From Bacteriovoracaceae bacterium (lineage in GTDB: Bacteria > Bdellovibrionota > Bacteriovoracia > Bacteriovoracales > Bacteriovoracaceae), in the NCBI GenBank assembly GCA_048270185.1, contig JBLWTJ010000002.1, positions 96,001-160,000 on the forward strand: 64,000 bases of DNA. The letters are read 5' to 3'. The notes under the pieces are model-generated. The model did no database searches and was not told where the DNA came from. It saw only the letters and a program-made list of their open reading frames with translations. Position numbers and translations under genes: made by a program. This document shows, piece by piece, positions 48,796 through 58,842 of this stretch (its first letter is position 1; every line of letters starts with the position of its first letter).

Positions 48796-48990
48796 ATGTC
48801 ATCACAAGAAACATCTAACGAAAAATTATCTACTACTAACCTTAACAACGTTGTTGAGCCGGTAAGACTTAAGACAATTCGTAAGTCTGCTAGCCTAAAG
48901 CCAAGAAAATCTCTATTAAGAGTAAGTAGCTTAAGACCAACTCGTGCAGTTATGGGTAAGACAAGAGTTCAAGAAACAGAGCAAGAGTAG
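48796..48990 (+). CDS. Small basic hypothetical protein
   Basis: TAAGGAG SD 6 nt upstream; Arg/Lys/Ser-rich. Confidence 0.6.
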   Translation: MSSQETSNEKLSTTNLNNVVEPVRLKTIRKSASLKPRKSLLRVSSLRPTRAVMGKTRVQETEQE

Positions 48991-48995
48991 GATTA

Positions 48996-49484
48996 CTATC
49001 TCTTCTTGCCACGTTTTGGTGAAATCAATTGCTTATCGTAAGTCGCTTTTAGACTGCGCAGGGTTTCATTGCGTATTTCTTCAAGCTTCTTTAAGCGCTC
49101 TTCATGGAGAAAATTTAAATAGTTCTTCTTTGCAATAAAGAGATTATTTAAGTAAGTAACCTGAAAGGCCCTTAACTCTCTGTAACACAAATCCTTTTCT
49201 GCTTTCGTTAATTTATGCTGACTCGACTCAAGATCTTTGTGATCGAGAACGAAAGTTGAATAATCCCCAGAACAAACACCTTTCTTTAAATCGATATAAT
49301 TATCGATCTCACGCCTTAGAGACTGGGTCTTTGTAACATAGATATCAGGAGTAAGAGTTTTCACCTCTTCAATTTTGGCATACATTTCTTTACTAATTTC
49401 TTTATTTGAAAGCTCTTTTGTATCAACTCCAAACGACAGCTGTGTACAAAGAATGAATGTCATAAATAGAAATGCTTTTTTCAT
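48996..49484 (-). CDS. Secreted helical hypothetical protein
   Basis: Signal peptide; two Cys. Confidence 0.6.
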   Translation of the reverse strand: MKKAFLFMTFILCTQLSFGVDTKELSNKEISKEMYAKIEEVKTLTPDIYVTKTQSLRREIDNYIDLKKGVCSGDYSTFVLDHKDLESSQHKLTKAEKDLCYRELRAFQVTYLNNLFIAKKNYLNFLHEERLKKLEEIRNETLRSLKATYDKQLISPKRGKKR

Positions 49485-49843
49485 ATTGCCTTAATCTTTG
49501 AAATAAAAAAATCTTCATCTTTATTATGCGAAAAGACGAATGTTATGGCCATAATTTTAAACTTGGATTGATGGCCACTTACTAATTCAATTTGAGTTTT
49601 GGACACACCGAGCTTTTTGGCCATAAGTTTCATAATTCCTTCATTGGCCTTACCATCTTCAGGAGGTGCTTGGGTGCTAACAATAAGGTGGCCCCCATCA
49701 CTAACACTTACTTTTTCACGCTTGGCCCCGGGTTTTGCCCAAATTTCAATTTGAATCAATAAAACATCTTCTTCGCGATTTGAATTAAGAATTTTTAGGC
49801 CTATATTTGTGAGAGCATCTTCTATTGAAATATCTCTCTCCAA
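49481..49843 (-). CDS. DUF167/YggU family protein
   Basis: KPGAK, APPEDGKAN, L.SG..S..K. Confidence 0.85.
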   Translation of the reverse strand: MERDISIEDALTNIGLKILNSNREEDVLLIQIEIWAKPGAKREKVSVSDGGHLIVSTQAPPEDGKANEGIMKLMAKKLGVSKTQIELVSGHQSKFKIMAITFVFSHNKDEDFFISKIKAI

Positions 49844-50442
49844 TTATTTGCGTCATATCCAAGTTCGACTAAGAAGGCCTTAAGCTCTTCTAAAAAGCAT
49901 GATAAAGGAAAGCCCACAACATTCGAATAAGAGCCACTTAAGCTCTCAACAAAGAGAAGTCCTTGCCCTTGAATACCGTAAGCTCCGGCCTTATCAAGAG
50001 ATTCATCACTTTCTAAATAGAGATCTAAAACCTCTTCTGAGATATCTGTAAACTTAACTTTTGAACAACGAGAGAATGTGTATTCACTTTCACCACAGGC
50101 CATGTACACGGCCGTATAAACTTCATGCTCCTTACCAGAGAGTTCAAGTAACATTTCACGAGCATGCTCTCGATCATTTGGTTTTCCTAAGACTTTATCC
50201 CCTATTGCAACAAGAGTATCTGAAGCAACGACAAAAGCATTCTTATGTTTCTTACTTTCTATTGAAAAAATATCGCGACCTTTTAGTTCGGCCAATTCTT
50301 CAACAATTTCTTGAGGGTGTTCTTGTGTTGCAATCTCTTCAACTTGTGAAGGGATAACTTCAATTGGAATTTTCATCCAAGATAAAAGTTCCTTGCGGCG
50401 CGGGCTTCCTGAGGCCAGGATAAACTTTAGTGTTGATTCCAT
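49822..50442 (-). CDS. maf: Maf family nucleotide pyrophosphatase
   Basis: ILASGSPRRKELL, DT.V, LGKP, DKAGAYGIQG, NVVGFP. Confidence 0.94.
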   Translation of the reverse strand: MESTLKFILASGSPRRKELLSWMKIPIEVIPSQVEEIATQEHPQEIVEELAELKGRDIFSIESKKHKNAFVVASDTLVAIGDKVLGKPNDREHAREMLLELSGKEHEVYTAVYMACGESEYTFSRCSKVKFTDISEEVLDLYLESDESLDKAGAYGIQGQGLLFVESLSGSYSNVVGFPLSCFLEELKAFLVELGYDANNWREIFQ

Positions 50443-51784
50443 ATAATTTCTTCCATAATTCCTTTTTCTCTGAATTAAGCTTAGGAAAATAGGTTTGAGA
50501 ATTTTCCGTTGCTCCTACTCTATAGTAGCTCTCAAGTGCTAAGCTGTAAAAATCTTTTCGTAGAACATCTTTATCACGACGATCGGCACGACCAAGTATA
50601 TCTTTTCGATAGCGATCTGCGATGGCAAGATTTGTCGTCTCTACTTCCCTCGTATTTGTCCACAAGAAAGCGATTCTCTTCTTCAATTCCTCTTTACTCC
50701 AAAGCTTCATTCCAAACTCTTTTGCAAAGCCTGCTTCGTTAAATTTAGCAAATGTCGGTGTCCCATACTTACTAAAGAATAATTCACGAATATAGTAAAT
50801 ACCTTGGATACGCTTTGTGATAAATTCATTCTGACTTAAAAATTTATTATCTGATACGTAAATGATATTGCGATTTATTTGAGAAAGACGATACCAGCTT
50901 CCATAATCTAACTCTTTCATCTCTTCGTTAGCATAGCCACGTAAATTAATAACAGGCTTACTTGCTTCTTCATTTTTTATACCAAGTTGTTCCTCATCAC
51001 GAAACTTCAAGTAGCTATCATCCCCTATGGAAACATAAGTTTCAAATGATGGTGAATATGCTTCAAATGAATACAGTGGTGAATGAATAAAGAAGCGGCT
51101 CTTTCGAAAAACTTTCTTATTATTTTTTTCAATTTCATCATTGATGAATTTGGCCATGGAACGATATTTAAGTCCACTATCGTAAAGGTACTCCATCAGA
51201 GGAGTTTGATCATCCATGACAATCGGATTGGCCTCTAGAATAGGTAGAGGTAGAAAGATTGAGTCAGTATCACGAACAGTGTTTACTTGTACCTTTTCTT
51301 TACTTCTTGAGAGAAAGAGTAGATTTCCAACATTGGCCCTAATATTAAAGAAGACTTCATCTTTTAGAATATTAATTTCTTTAAATGAAATAGAACTCTC
51401 AGGAGACATACGTATTAGAGTTCCGTCAAAGAGCATGAGCCATAAGTAACTATCGACTCCTGTTTCAATATCATCAGCTTCTTTGATCAAACTACGATGA
51501 TTCAATTGATTGCTACCAAGTCCACGAAAGAGAGTACACTCACCAACGCACTTAATAACCCTGCCCATTTCTTCACGAAGCCCTTTCATTTTTTGAAGAT
51601 CTCGCCACAGAGGATAATTCTCTTTAAATTTTTTTGAGTCTTTCCAATTATCAAAACTTAGCCAATCTTTTGCCTTGAGATTATCCCAGTCAACAAGTGA
51701 CTTCCTATCTTCTTTGAAACGAAGTTCGCTGGCCCAAATATTGGATACGAGAATGGTGAGAAGTAATAAAACACGTAGCATCAT
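50360..51784 (-). CDS. Secreted FecR-like domain hypothetical protein
   Basis: Signal peptide from MMLRVL; D.IETG.DS...L...DGT.IR....S FecR-like motif. Confidence 0.6.
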   Translation of the reverse strand: MMLRVLLLLTILVSNIWASELRFKEDRKSLVDWDNLKAKDWLSFDNWKDSKKFKENYPLWRDLQKMKGLREEMGRVIKCVGECTLFRGLGSNQLNHRSLIKEADDIETGVDSYLWLMLFDGTLIRMSPESSISFKEINILKDEVFFNIRANVGNLLFLSRSKEKVQVNTVRDTDSIFLPLPILEANPIVMDDQTPLMEYLYDSGLKYRSMAKFINDEIEKNNKKVFRKSRFFIHSPLYSFEAYSPSFETYVSIGDDSYLKFRDEEQLGIKNEEASKPVINLRGYANEEMKELDYGSWYRLSQINRNIIYVSDNKFLSQNEFITKRIQGIYYIRELFFSKYGTPTFAKFNEAGFAKEFGMKLWSKEELKKRIAFLWTNTREVETTNLAIADRYRKDILGRADRRDKDVLRKDFYSLALESYYRVGATENSQTYFPKLNSEKKELWKKLYGINTKVYPGLRKPAPQGTFILDENSN

Positions 51785-51945
51785 GAACTTCTTCGACAAA
51801 TCTGGCCATCTTCCAAAATGGCAGCACCATATTGGAACTTTTTCGGTAAGAATTGCCACTTTCAGGCCTCTCTAAACTGTCAAAATCATGGGTTTCGTGT
51901 TAAATTTTGGGCCAAATATTAATTTGTATGAATAAGGTTGATACG

Positions 51946-54900
51946 ATGAGTCAGGATAATGGACAATTTTCTTTTGTTAACACAGAACACGAAGTCTTAA
52001 AATTTTGGGAAGACAACGATATTTTCCAAAAATCACTAGAACAAACAAAGGAAAAAGAGCCATATATTTTCTATGATGGCCCTCCATTTGCCACTGGTCT
52101 TCCTCACCACGGTCACCTACTTGCTGGAACACTAAAAGATATCGTTCCAAGATATTGGACAATGAAAGGACGCTACGTTCAAAGAAGATTTGGATGGGAT
52201 ACCCATGGACTTCCAATTGAGCAAGAGATCAATAAGAAATTAAAAATGACTGCTCACGAAGCTTTAGAAAAGCTTGGTGTTGCAGGCTACAACCAAGAGT
52301 GTCGCTCAATTGTTGATCGCTACACAACTGAATGGCGTAAAACAGTAACTCGCCTTGGACGTTGGGTAGACTTTGACAATGACTACAAGACAATGGATCC
52401 AACTTTCATGGAGTCATGTTGGTGGGTATTCAAATCTCTTTGGGATAAGAATATGGTCTACAAGGGAACAAAGGTTGTTCCTTACTCAACAGGCCTAGGA
52501 ACAGGACTTTCAAACTTTGAAGCCGGTCTTGATTATCGTGATGTTCAAGACCCAGCTGTAACTGTTCTTTTCAAATTAGATGATCCTTCAAGCGCAGGTG
52601 CTGACTACGTTGCAGCATGGACGACTACTCCATGGACACTTCCGTCTAACCTTGCACTTTGTGTTGGGCCAGATGTTGATTACGTTCGCGTAAAAGATAA
52701 TGACCGTGGTGTTACAATTATTTTTGCTGAAGCGAGAGTTGAAACTTTTGCAAAGAAGCGCAACCTTGAAGTTGTTGGTGAATCTTTCAAAGGGAGCGAG
52801 CTTCTAGGTCTTACTTATGAGCCACTTTTTGATTTCTTCGCAAATCTTAAAGAAGAAGGTGCTTTTAAAATCTTAAACGATGAATACGTTACAACTGATA
52901 GTGGTACAGGTATTGTTCACCAAGCACCGGCCTTCGGGGAAGACGATAATCGAATCTGTAAAGAAGCCGGTATGATGGCAGAAGTTTGCCCAATCGATGA
53001 TGCCGGACAATTCACAAAAGAAGTATCGAAGTATGCAGGTCTGTATGTAAAAGATGCAGACAAAGAAATCATTAAAGATCTAAAAGATAATACAAAATTA
53101 TACGATCACGGAAACCTCGTGCACAGCTACCCTTTTTGCTACCGCTCAGGAACTCCACTAATCTATCGTACAATTCCACAGTGGTATGTAAAAGTAGAAG
53201 AAATCGTTGATAAATTAGTTGCTAATAATAAGCAAATCCACTGGGTACCAGGTCACATCAAAGCTGGTCGTTTTGGTAAGTGGCTAGAGAACGCTCGCGA
53301 CTGGGCCGTATCTCGTACACGTGTCTGGGGAACTCCTCTTCCAGTTTGGATCAACGATGAAACAGGAAATATGAAATGTATTGGTTCAATTGAAGAACTA
53401 AAAGAGCTTTCAGGTGTCGAGCTGACAGACCTTCACCGTGAGTATACCGATGAAGTGACTTTTACTATTGCAGGAGAGGAAGGAACGTATAAGCGTATTC
53501 CAGATGTATTCGACTGTTGGTTTGAGTCAGGTTCTATGCCATATGCCCAACTTCACTACCCGTTTGAAAACAAAGAAATTTTTGAAAATGGATTCCCTGC
53601 TGAATTCATCGCAGAAGGACTCGACCAAACACGTGGTTGGTTCTATACACTAACAATTCTTTCTACCGCCCTATTTGATAAGCCCGCTTTCAAGAACGTA
53701 ATCGTTAACGGTTTAGTTCTTGCTGAAGATGGTAAGAAGATGAGTAAGTCTTTAAGAAACTTCACTGCTCCAGATGAGCTTATGGAAGAATTTGGATCAG
53801 ACGCTCTAAGGCTATACTTAATCAACTCTGGTCTTGTTAAAGGAGAAGAGCAGCGCTTTACTGATGCTGGTGTTAAGGACATGGTTCGCCGCGCTCTACT
53901 TCCATGGCAAAACTCTTTTAAATTCTTCCAAACATACGCTTCAATTGATGGATGGAATTTCAATGAGCACGCAGAAAGTGGTGATAATATCACTGACAAC
54001 TGGGTTATCTCAAAACTACAAACTCTTAAAGAAAATATTGAAGCAGAAATGGCACAGTACCAACTCTACAATGTTGTTCCGGCCCTATTTAACTTCATTG
54101 AAGATTTAACAAATTGGTATATCCGCCTCAACCGTTCTCGTTTTTGGGGAGAAGGCCTAACTTCAGATAAGAAGCAAGCCTACACGACTCTTTATACAAC
54201 TCTTAAAGAAGTAACGATTGCCATGGCACCATTTGCACCATTCCTATCTGAACATATTTTTTCAGAGCTTAAGAAATTTGATTCAAGTGAGAAGACTCTT
54301 TCTGTTCACCTTTGTGATTACCCTGTTGCAAATAAAGAGCTTAAGAATTCAATTCTTGAAGATGCCGTTGATAGAATGCAACAGATTATCCTACTTGGTC
54401 GTCAAAAACGTAACCAAGTACAGATCAAGGTTAAGACTCCACTTGCTCGTCTAAGTGTTATTCACAAAGACCAAGCTCTTTTAGATGAAATCAAAAAGCT
54501 TGAAGGATATATTCAGTCAGAACTTAACGTTAAGAGCGTTGAGTACACAACTGACGAAGACCACTACATCAAGCTATATGCAAAACCAAACTCACCAGTT
54601 CTAGGAAAACGCCTAGGAAAAGAATTTGGTAAGTTTATGGGTATTATCTCAAAACTTGGTGCAGCAGAGCTTAATGAACTAGAAGAGAAAGGAAGCTTAG
54701 AGCTTGCCGGTCAAACTTTTGCTCCAGAAGATATCCTAATTTTCCGTGAAGCGAAGGAAGGTACTCAGGCACTATCAAATCGTTATATCTCAATCGATAT
54801 CGACACGAATCTTTCAGAAGATCTGATCCTTGAAGGTCTTGCTCGTGAGGTTGTTAATAGAATCCAAAGAACAAGAAAAGATTCGGGATTTAATGTTGAA

Positions 54901-55077
54901 GACAGAATTGAAGTTAGCTTTAATGCAACGGAGCTTCTTGCTAAGGCCATTGTGACTCACACTGACTACATCACAAAAGAGACTCTTTCTAACTCTCTAA
55001 CAGTAAGCAGTGAAGCTCTTGAGCATGAGTTTAAGGTTGATGAAGAAAATCTAAAAATGACAATTACAAAAGCATAA
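51946..55077 (+). CDS. ileS: Isoleucyl-tRNA synthetase, type 2
   Basis: DGPPFATGLPHHGH, GWDTHGLP, WTTTPWTLPSN, EGLDQTRGWFY, KMSKS; no C-terminal Zn finger. Confidence 0.97.
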   Translation: MSQDNGQFSFVNTEHEVLKFWEDNDIFQKSLEQTKEKEPYIFYDGPPFATGLPHHGHLLAGTLKDIVPRYWTMKGRYVQRRFGWDTHGLPIEQEINKKLKMTAHEALEKLGVAGYNQECRSIVDRYTTEWRKTVTRLGRWVDFDNDYKTMDPTFMESCWWVFKSLWDKNMVYKGTKVVPYSTGLGTGLSNFEAGLDYRDVQDPAVTVLFKLDDPSSAGADYVAAWTTTPWTLPSNLALCVGPDVDYVRVKDNDRGVTIIFAEARVETFAKKRNLEVVGESFKGSELLGLTYEPLFDFFANLKEEGAFKILNDEYVTTDSGTGIVHQAPAFGEDDNRICKEAGMMAEVCPIDDAGQFTKEVSKYAGLYVKDADKEIIKDLKDNTKLYDHGNLVHSYPFCYRSGTPLIYRTIPQWYVKVEEIVDKLVANNKQIHWVPGHIKAGRFGKWLENARDWAVSRTRVWGTPLPVWINDETGNMKCIGSIEELKELSGVELTDLHREYTDEVTFTIAGEEGTYKRIPDVFDCWFESGSMPYAQLHYPFENKEIFENGFPAEFIAEGLDQTRGWFYTLTILSTALFDKPAFKNVIVNGLVLAEDGKKMSKSLRNFTAPDELMEEFGSDALRLYLINSGLVKGEEQRFTDAGVKDMVRRALLPWQNSFKFFQTYASIDGWNFNEHAESGDNITDNWVISKLQTLKENIEAEMAQYQLYNVVPALFNFIEDLTNWYIRLNRSRFWGEGLTSDKKQAYTTLYTTLKEVTIAMAPFAPFLSEHIFSELKKFDSSEKTLSVHLCDYPVANKELKNSILEDAVDRMQQIILLGRQKRNQVQIKVKTPLARLSVIHKDQALLDEIKKLEGYIQSELNVKSVEYTTDEDHYIKLYAKPNSPVLGKRLGKEFGKFMGIISKLGAAELNELEEKGSLELAGQTFAPEDILIFREAKEGTQALSNRYISIDIDTNLSEDLILEGLAREVVNRIQRTRKDSGFNVEDRIEVSFNATELLAKAIVTHTDYITKETLSNSLTVSSEALEHEFKVDEENLKMTITKA

Positions 55078-55081
55078 AAAG

Positions 55082-55108
55082 AAAGCCTCCACTACGGAGG
55101 CTTTTTTT
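55082..55108. terminator. Bidirectional intrinsic terminator
   Basis: aaagcctcc-actac-ggaggcttttttt. Confidence 0.8.
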
Positions 55109-56129
55109 ATTCTTTAATTAAAGCATAGCCTATAGGCTTAGGATTGAGGTCATAACATTCATACTTCTTATAATCTTTAAGAGCATCTAGTTTTTCTCCT
55201 TGAACTACAACTTCGCCTCTTGCAACAAGTTTAACTTCTTCATCTGTTACTTTGAACCATGTTCCATTATGAATATTACGATCAGTGTAACTTAAAATAC
55301 CTACTTCCATACAGATATTACGACTGCTTTCAATTACTTTATTCGTTTCTATATCAAAGAACTTTTCATAATCAGTGGCCTCTTCAAAAGTTCCAGTTTT
55401 AATTTTGACCTGATATTCAGATGCTACTGTTTCAATTGAAAAGAGCTTTCCATCAGCTGGCATCGAAATGACTCGACGACGAATATATCGTTGTACTGGG
55501 CCACTTTCTTTATTCTCGTAGAAAGTTGGTACTTGGATAGTCGCACCAGTATAAATTTTTTCAACACGTAAACCTTCACAGCCTTCAGGCTGAACGAGAT
55601 CTTCCAAATCAACTAGGTCCACTCGTCCAGTAACACAGCCCCTACCTTCAGCATTCTTTAGTGTTACCTTATTTCCGCCTTCAAAAAATAATTCTTTTGT
55701 TACCATAAAAATATCGTGAGCTTTGAAATCATCTTTCTCTAGTTCATAGAACCTTAGATCTCCATTACCTCTTGAATAGACTGCACGGTTTGAAATCACT
55801 TTTCCAAATTTTGATACAAGTTGAAAGTGTCCTTCGAGAATACTCTCATCAAGCTTGATATTTAGATTAAGGTAAGTTTCATTATCTTCTGATTTAAATA
55901 AATCTTTGTTTTCAGCTTTATCATAGTCAAAAATAAACATACGAGTATTTGTTAAGCCAACTTGACCACACTCATCTTCTGCTATGACAAGATTAGTATC
56001 AATACTCTGACACTCAATAAGATGTGCTACTGAGTTCATAGCCTCAATATTTGCCAATAAAGACTGTTGATCTTTTTTTCCACACGAAATAATCGTTAAT
56101 AGTAAAATTACTAATGATATTTTTTTCAT
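55107..56129 (-). CDS. Hypothetical lipoprotein (paralogue of next gene)
   Basis: Lipobox IISCGK; F..VSK(F/Y)GKV shared motif. Confidence 0.7.
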   Translation of the reverse strand: MKKISLVILLLTIISCGKKDQQSLLANIEAMNSVAHLIECQSIDTNLVIAEDECGQVGLTNTRMFIFDYDKAENKDLFKSEDNETYLNLNIKLDESILEGHFQLVSKFGKVISNRAVYSRGNGDLRFYELEKDDFKAHDIFMVTKELFFEGGNKVTLKNAEGRGCVTGRVDLVDLEDLVQPEGCEGLRVEKIYTGATIQVPTFYENKESGPVQRYIRRRVISMPADGKLFSIETVASEYQVKIKTGTFEEATDYEKFFDIETNKVIESSRNICMEVGILSYTDRNIHNGTWFKVTDEEVKLVARGEVVVQGEKLDALKDYKKYECYDLNPKPIGYALIKE

Positions 56130-56149
56130 ACTCTCTCTCCTTTAAGTAA

Positions 56150-57151
56150 TTATTCTTTAATGATGATTGTTCCTGAAAGTTTTGGTTCAACGGGATAACA
56201 TTTTTCAACTCGGTAATTGCCATGAAATGGATGATGCTTTCCTCTAATTACAATATTTCCAAAAGGTTGTTTTTTAATTAATTCATAATTCTGATCGGCC
56301 CATCCTCCGTTGATACCAGGTCCTTGAATAGCTAAAATTCCTTCGATCTCACAAACTTCACGACTAATCAGCGATGATCTCAAACCAAACTCCGTTGCCT
56401 CGACATTAAAGAATCGCGAATAATCCATGTCTCTTTCTTGCATATATTTTAAAACTCGGTAATTGATACGGTACTGAGCACTTCCGTAGCCCCCAAAGTT
56501 TAAAATGATAGGGTTTACATCTGTCATATCAAAATCTTTATTCTCAAAATAAACAGGTGCTAGAACTTTAGCACTCAAATTAGGGATAACTTTTAGACTC
56601 GGGCAAGTACCTTGAAGATCTTCTAAGTTAATTTCCTCAACATTGAAGACTCCCGTATCACAACTTTGATCTCTTTCAAGAGCAACGGCCGTCGAAGTTG
56701 TACCACCAGTATAATAATCCTTGAGTTTGAGATGAAGATCGTGACTGATAAAATCACCTGAACGCAATTCCTTAAAGATCATTTCACTCTTACCATCATA
56801 GAAGACTTCTTCACTGAGTACTTTTCCGTATTTTGAAACGATGTAGAAGTAGCCTTGAAAGTTGCCCTTTGATGAAATTCGTAGAGTCAGACGACTTGGT
56901 TTTAAAAGTGATTCTGTCATAACCTCTTCTTGAGGGACAGATAGAAGAAAGAGTTTTTCTTCACTAACAAAGCTTGTTGGACATGTGATATCGGCTTTTA
57001 AAAAATTTGTTTTAATGGATTCGCATTGAACTTCTTGATCAGTAAGTGTTGTCACTGAAAACGGAGCATGTGATTGAAGTTGCTGTATGGCTTCATTGGA
57101 CTTGCCACATGAGATGAATAAGATAAATGGAATTAATAAAATTGAACGCAT
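56150..57151 (-). CDS. Hypothetical lipoprotein
   Basis: Lipobox FISCGK; conserved Cys pattern with neighbour; both end IKE. Confidence 0.7.
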   Translation of the reverse strand: MRSILLIPFILFISCGKSNEAIQQLQSHAPFSVTTLTDQEVQCESIKTNFLKADITCPTSFVSEEKLFLLSVPQEEVMTESLLKPSRLTLRISSKGNFQGYFYIVSKYGKVLSEEVFYDGKSEMIFKELRSGDFISHDLHLKLKDYYTGGTTSTAVALERDQSCDTGVFNVEEINLEDLQGTCPSLKVIPNLSAKVLAPVYFENKDFDMTDVNPIILNFGGYGSAQYRINYRVLKYMQERDMDYSRFFNVEATEFGLRSSLISREVCEIEGILAIQGPGINGGWADQNYELIKKQPFGNIVIRGKHHPFHGNYRVEKCYPVEPKLSGTIIIKE

Positions 57152-57246
57152 AAACTCTCCCTTTTGAAATTAAGGCTTTATAGCCAAGCTTTTCAAAAAG
57201 GAGATTTTTTTTCTAAATTGAAATGATTAAATTCTATATTGGGAAA

Positions 57247-57582
57247 TTAAGATCCAAAGCCCTTAAGTTGTTCCCCTCCAAGTACGTGAAAGTGCGTGTG
57301 AAAAACACTCTGGCAACCATGATCGTTGATATTTGAGACCACACGGAAACCTTCTTCTTCAAGCTTATTTGATTGAGTAAACTCTTTAATGGCCGCAAAA
57401 ATATCAGTAATATCCTTAGGCTCCATCTCATTAACGTTCTTTGAGTGGTTACGATGAATGAATAAGTAATGCTCTTTTGCAAGAGGTTGGATATCTGCAA
57501 ATGCGTAAACATTTTCGTTTTCAAAAACTTTCTTTGAAGGGATATCACCATTTAAAATCTTACAAAATAAACAATCACTCAT
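57247..57582 (-). CDS. hinT: HIT family nucleotide hydrolase
   Basis: DCLFCKI..G.IP, Q.VFH.HFH.LGG. Confidence 0.9.
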   Translation of the reverse strand: MSDCLFCKILNGDIPSKKVFENENVYAFADIQPLAKEHYLFIHRNHSKNVNEMEPKDITDIFAAIKEFTQSNKLEEEGFRVVSNINDHGCQSVFHTHFHVLGGEQLKGFGS

Positions 57583-57591
57583 AGTCAGTCC

Positions 57592-58842
57592 TTATTCGTT
57601 TACAAGCTCAACACTTGCACCAAGTTTCTTAAGTTTCTCAGGAAGATCTTCATAACCACGCTGAAGATGGTAAACACGATCAATTTTTGTATCACCCTGT
57701 GCACATAAGGCCGCAAGAACCAGGGCCGCCGAAGCACGAAGGTCAGTACACATAACAGGAGCTGCCGTTAGAGGCTTTCCACCTTCAATAAAGACAGAGC
57801 TTCCAAGTTGTTCAATGCTTGCACCAAGACGAGTTAGTTCTGGTACGTGCATAAAGCGATTTTCAAAAATATTTTCAGTTACAAGTGAGTTTCCTTCAAC
57901 AACAGTTAAAAGAGCAACCATTTGTGCTTGAACATCAGTTGGGAATCCTGGAAATGGTTCTGTCACAACTTTAGAACCTTTAAGTGTTGAAGGGAAAGTC
58001 TTAACGAAATTATCCCCTACTTCAAGCTTAGCTCCCATTCCTTGTAAGTTTTCTAAAACATTGAAGAGATGCTTTGGATTAAAATCCTTTACCGTAACCT
58101 CAGACTTCGTCATAAGGCCTCCGATAATATATGTTGCGGCTTCAATACGATCACCAATGGCTTGATAAGTTCCACCACTTAATTCTTTTACTCCATTGAT
58201 CACAACGCGTGATGTTCCGATCCCCGTTATATTAGCACCAAGAGAGTTTAGAAAATTTGATAGGTCATCAATTTCTGGCTCCATGGCAGCATTTTCAATA
58301 ATAGTTTCACCGTCAGCGAATACTCCGGCCATAATAAGGTTTTCAGTGGCACCAACCGATGGAAATTTTAACTTAACATGAGCACCTTTTAGGTGATCTG
58401 TTTGGGCCCATACATAGCCGCTCTTCATTTCAATCTTAACATTCATCTTTTCAAGATTTTCTAGGTGAATATCAATAGGACGAGTACCAATAGCACAACC
58501 ACCAGGAAGTGAAACCTTGGCCTTACCAAGACGCGATAGAAGTGGACCTAGAACAAAGATTGAAGCACGCATTGTTTTAACAAGCTCATAAGTTGCTTCG
58601 TGAGAACTTAGTGTTGAAGCATCAAAAGTAATATCTTTTCCATTGCGATCACATGTCACCCCCATAATCTCAAGCAGTTTAAGCATTGTGTTGATATCAC
58701 GAAGACCAGGAAGGTTTGTAAGAGTCACTTTCTTATCTGTTAATAAGATTGCGGCCAGAATTGGCAGGTATGCATTCTTTGCAGGAGAAATTGAAACTTC
58801 ACCTGATAATTTTGCCGGACCTTTAACAATAATTTTATCCAT
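57592..58842 (-). CDS. murA: UDP-GlcNAc enolpyruvyl transferase
   Basis: KNA.LP, LPGGCAIG.RP, SVGATEN, PGFPTD.Q, TDLRA. Confidence 0.97.
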   Translation of the reverse strand: MDKIIVKGPAKLSGEVSISPAKNAYLPILAAILLTDKKVTLTNLPGLRDINTMLKLLEIMGVTCDRNGKDITFDASTLSSHEATYELVKTMRASIFVLGPLLSRLGKAKVSLPGGCAIGTRPIDIHLENLEKMNVKIEMKSGYVWAQTDHLKGAHVKLKFPSVGATENLIMAGVFADGETIIENAAMEPEIDDLSNFLNSLGANITGIGTSRVVINGVKELSGGTYQAIGDRIEAATYIIGGLMTKSEVTVKDFNPKHLFNVLENLQGMGAKLEVGDNFVKTFPSTLKGSKVVTEPFPGFPTDVQAQMVALLTVVEGNSLVTENIFENRFMHVPELTRLGASIEQLGSSVFIEGGKPLTAAPVMCTDLRASAALVLAALCAQGDTKIDRVYHLQRGYEDLPEKLKKLGASVELVNE

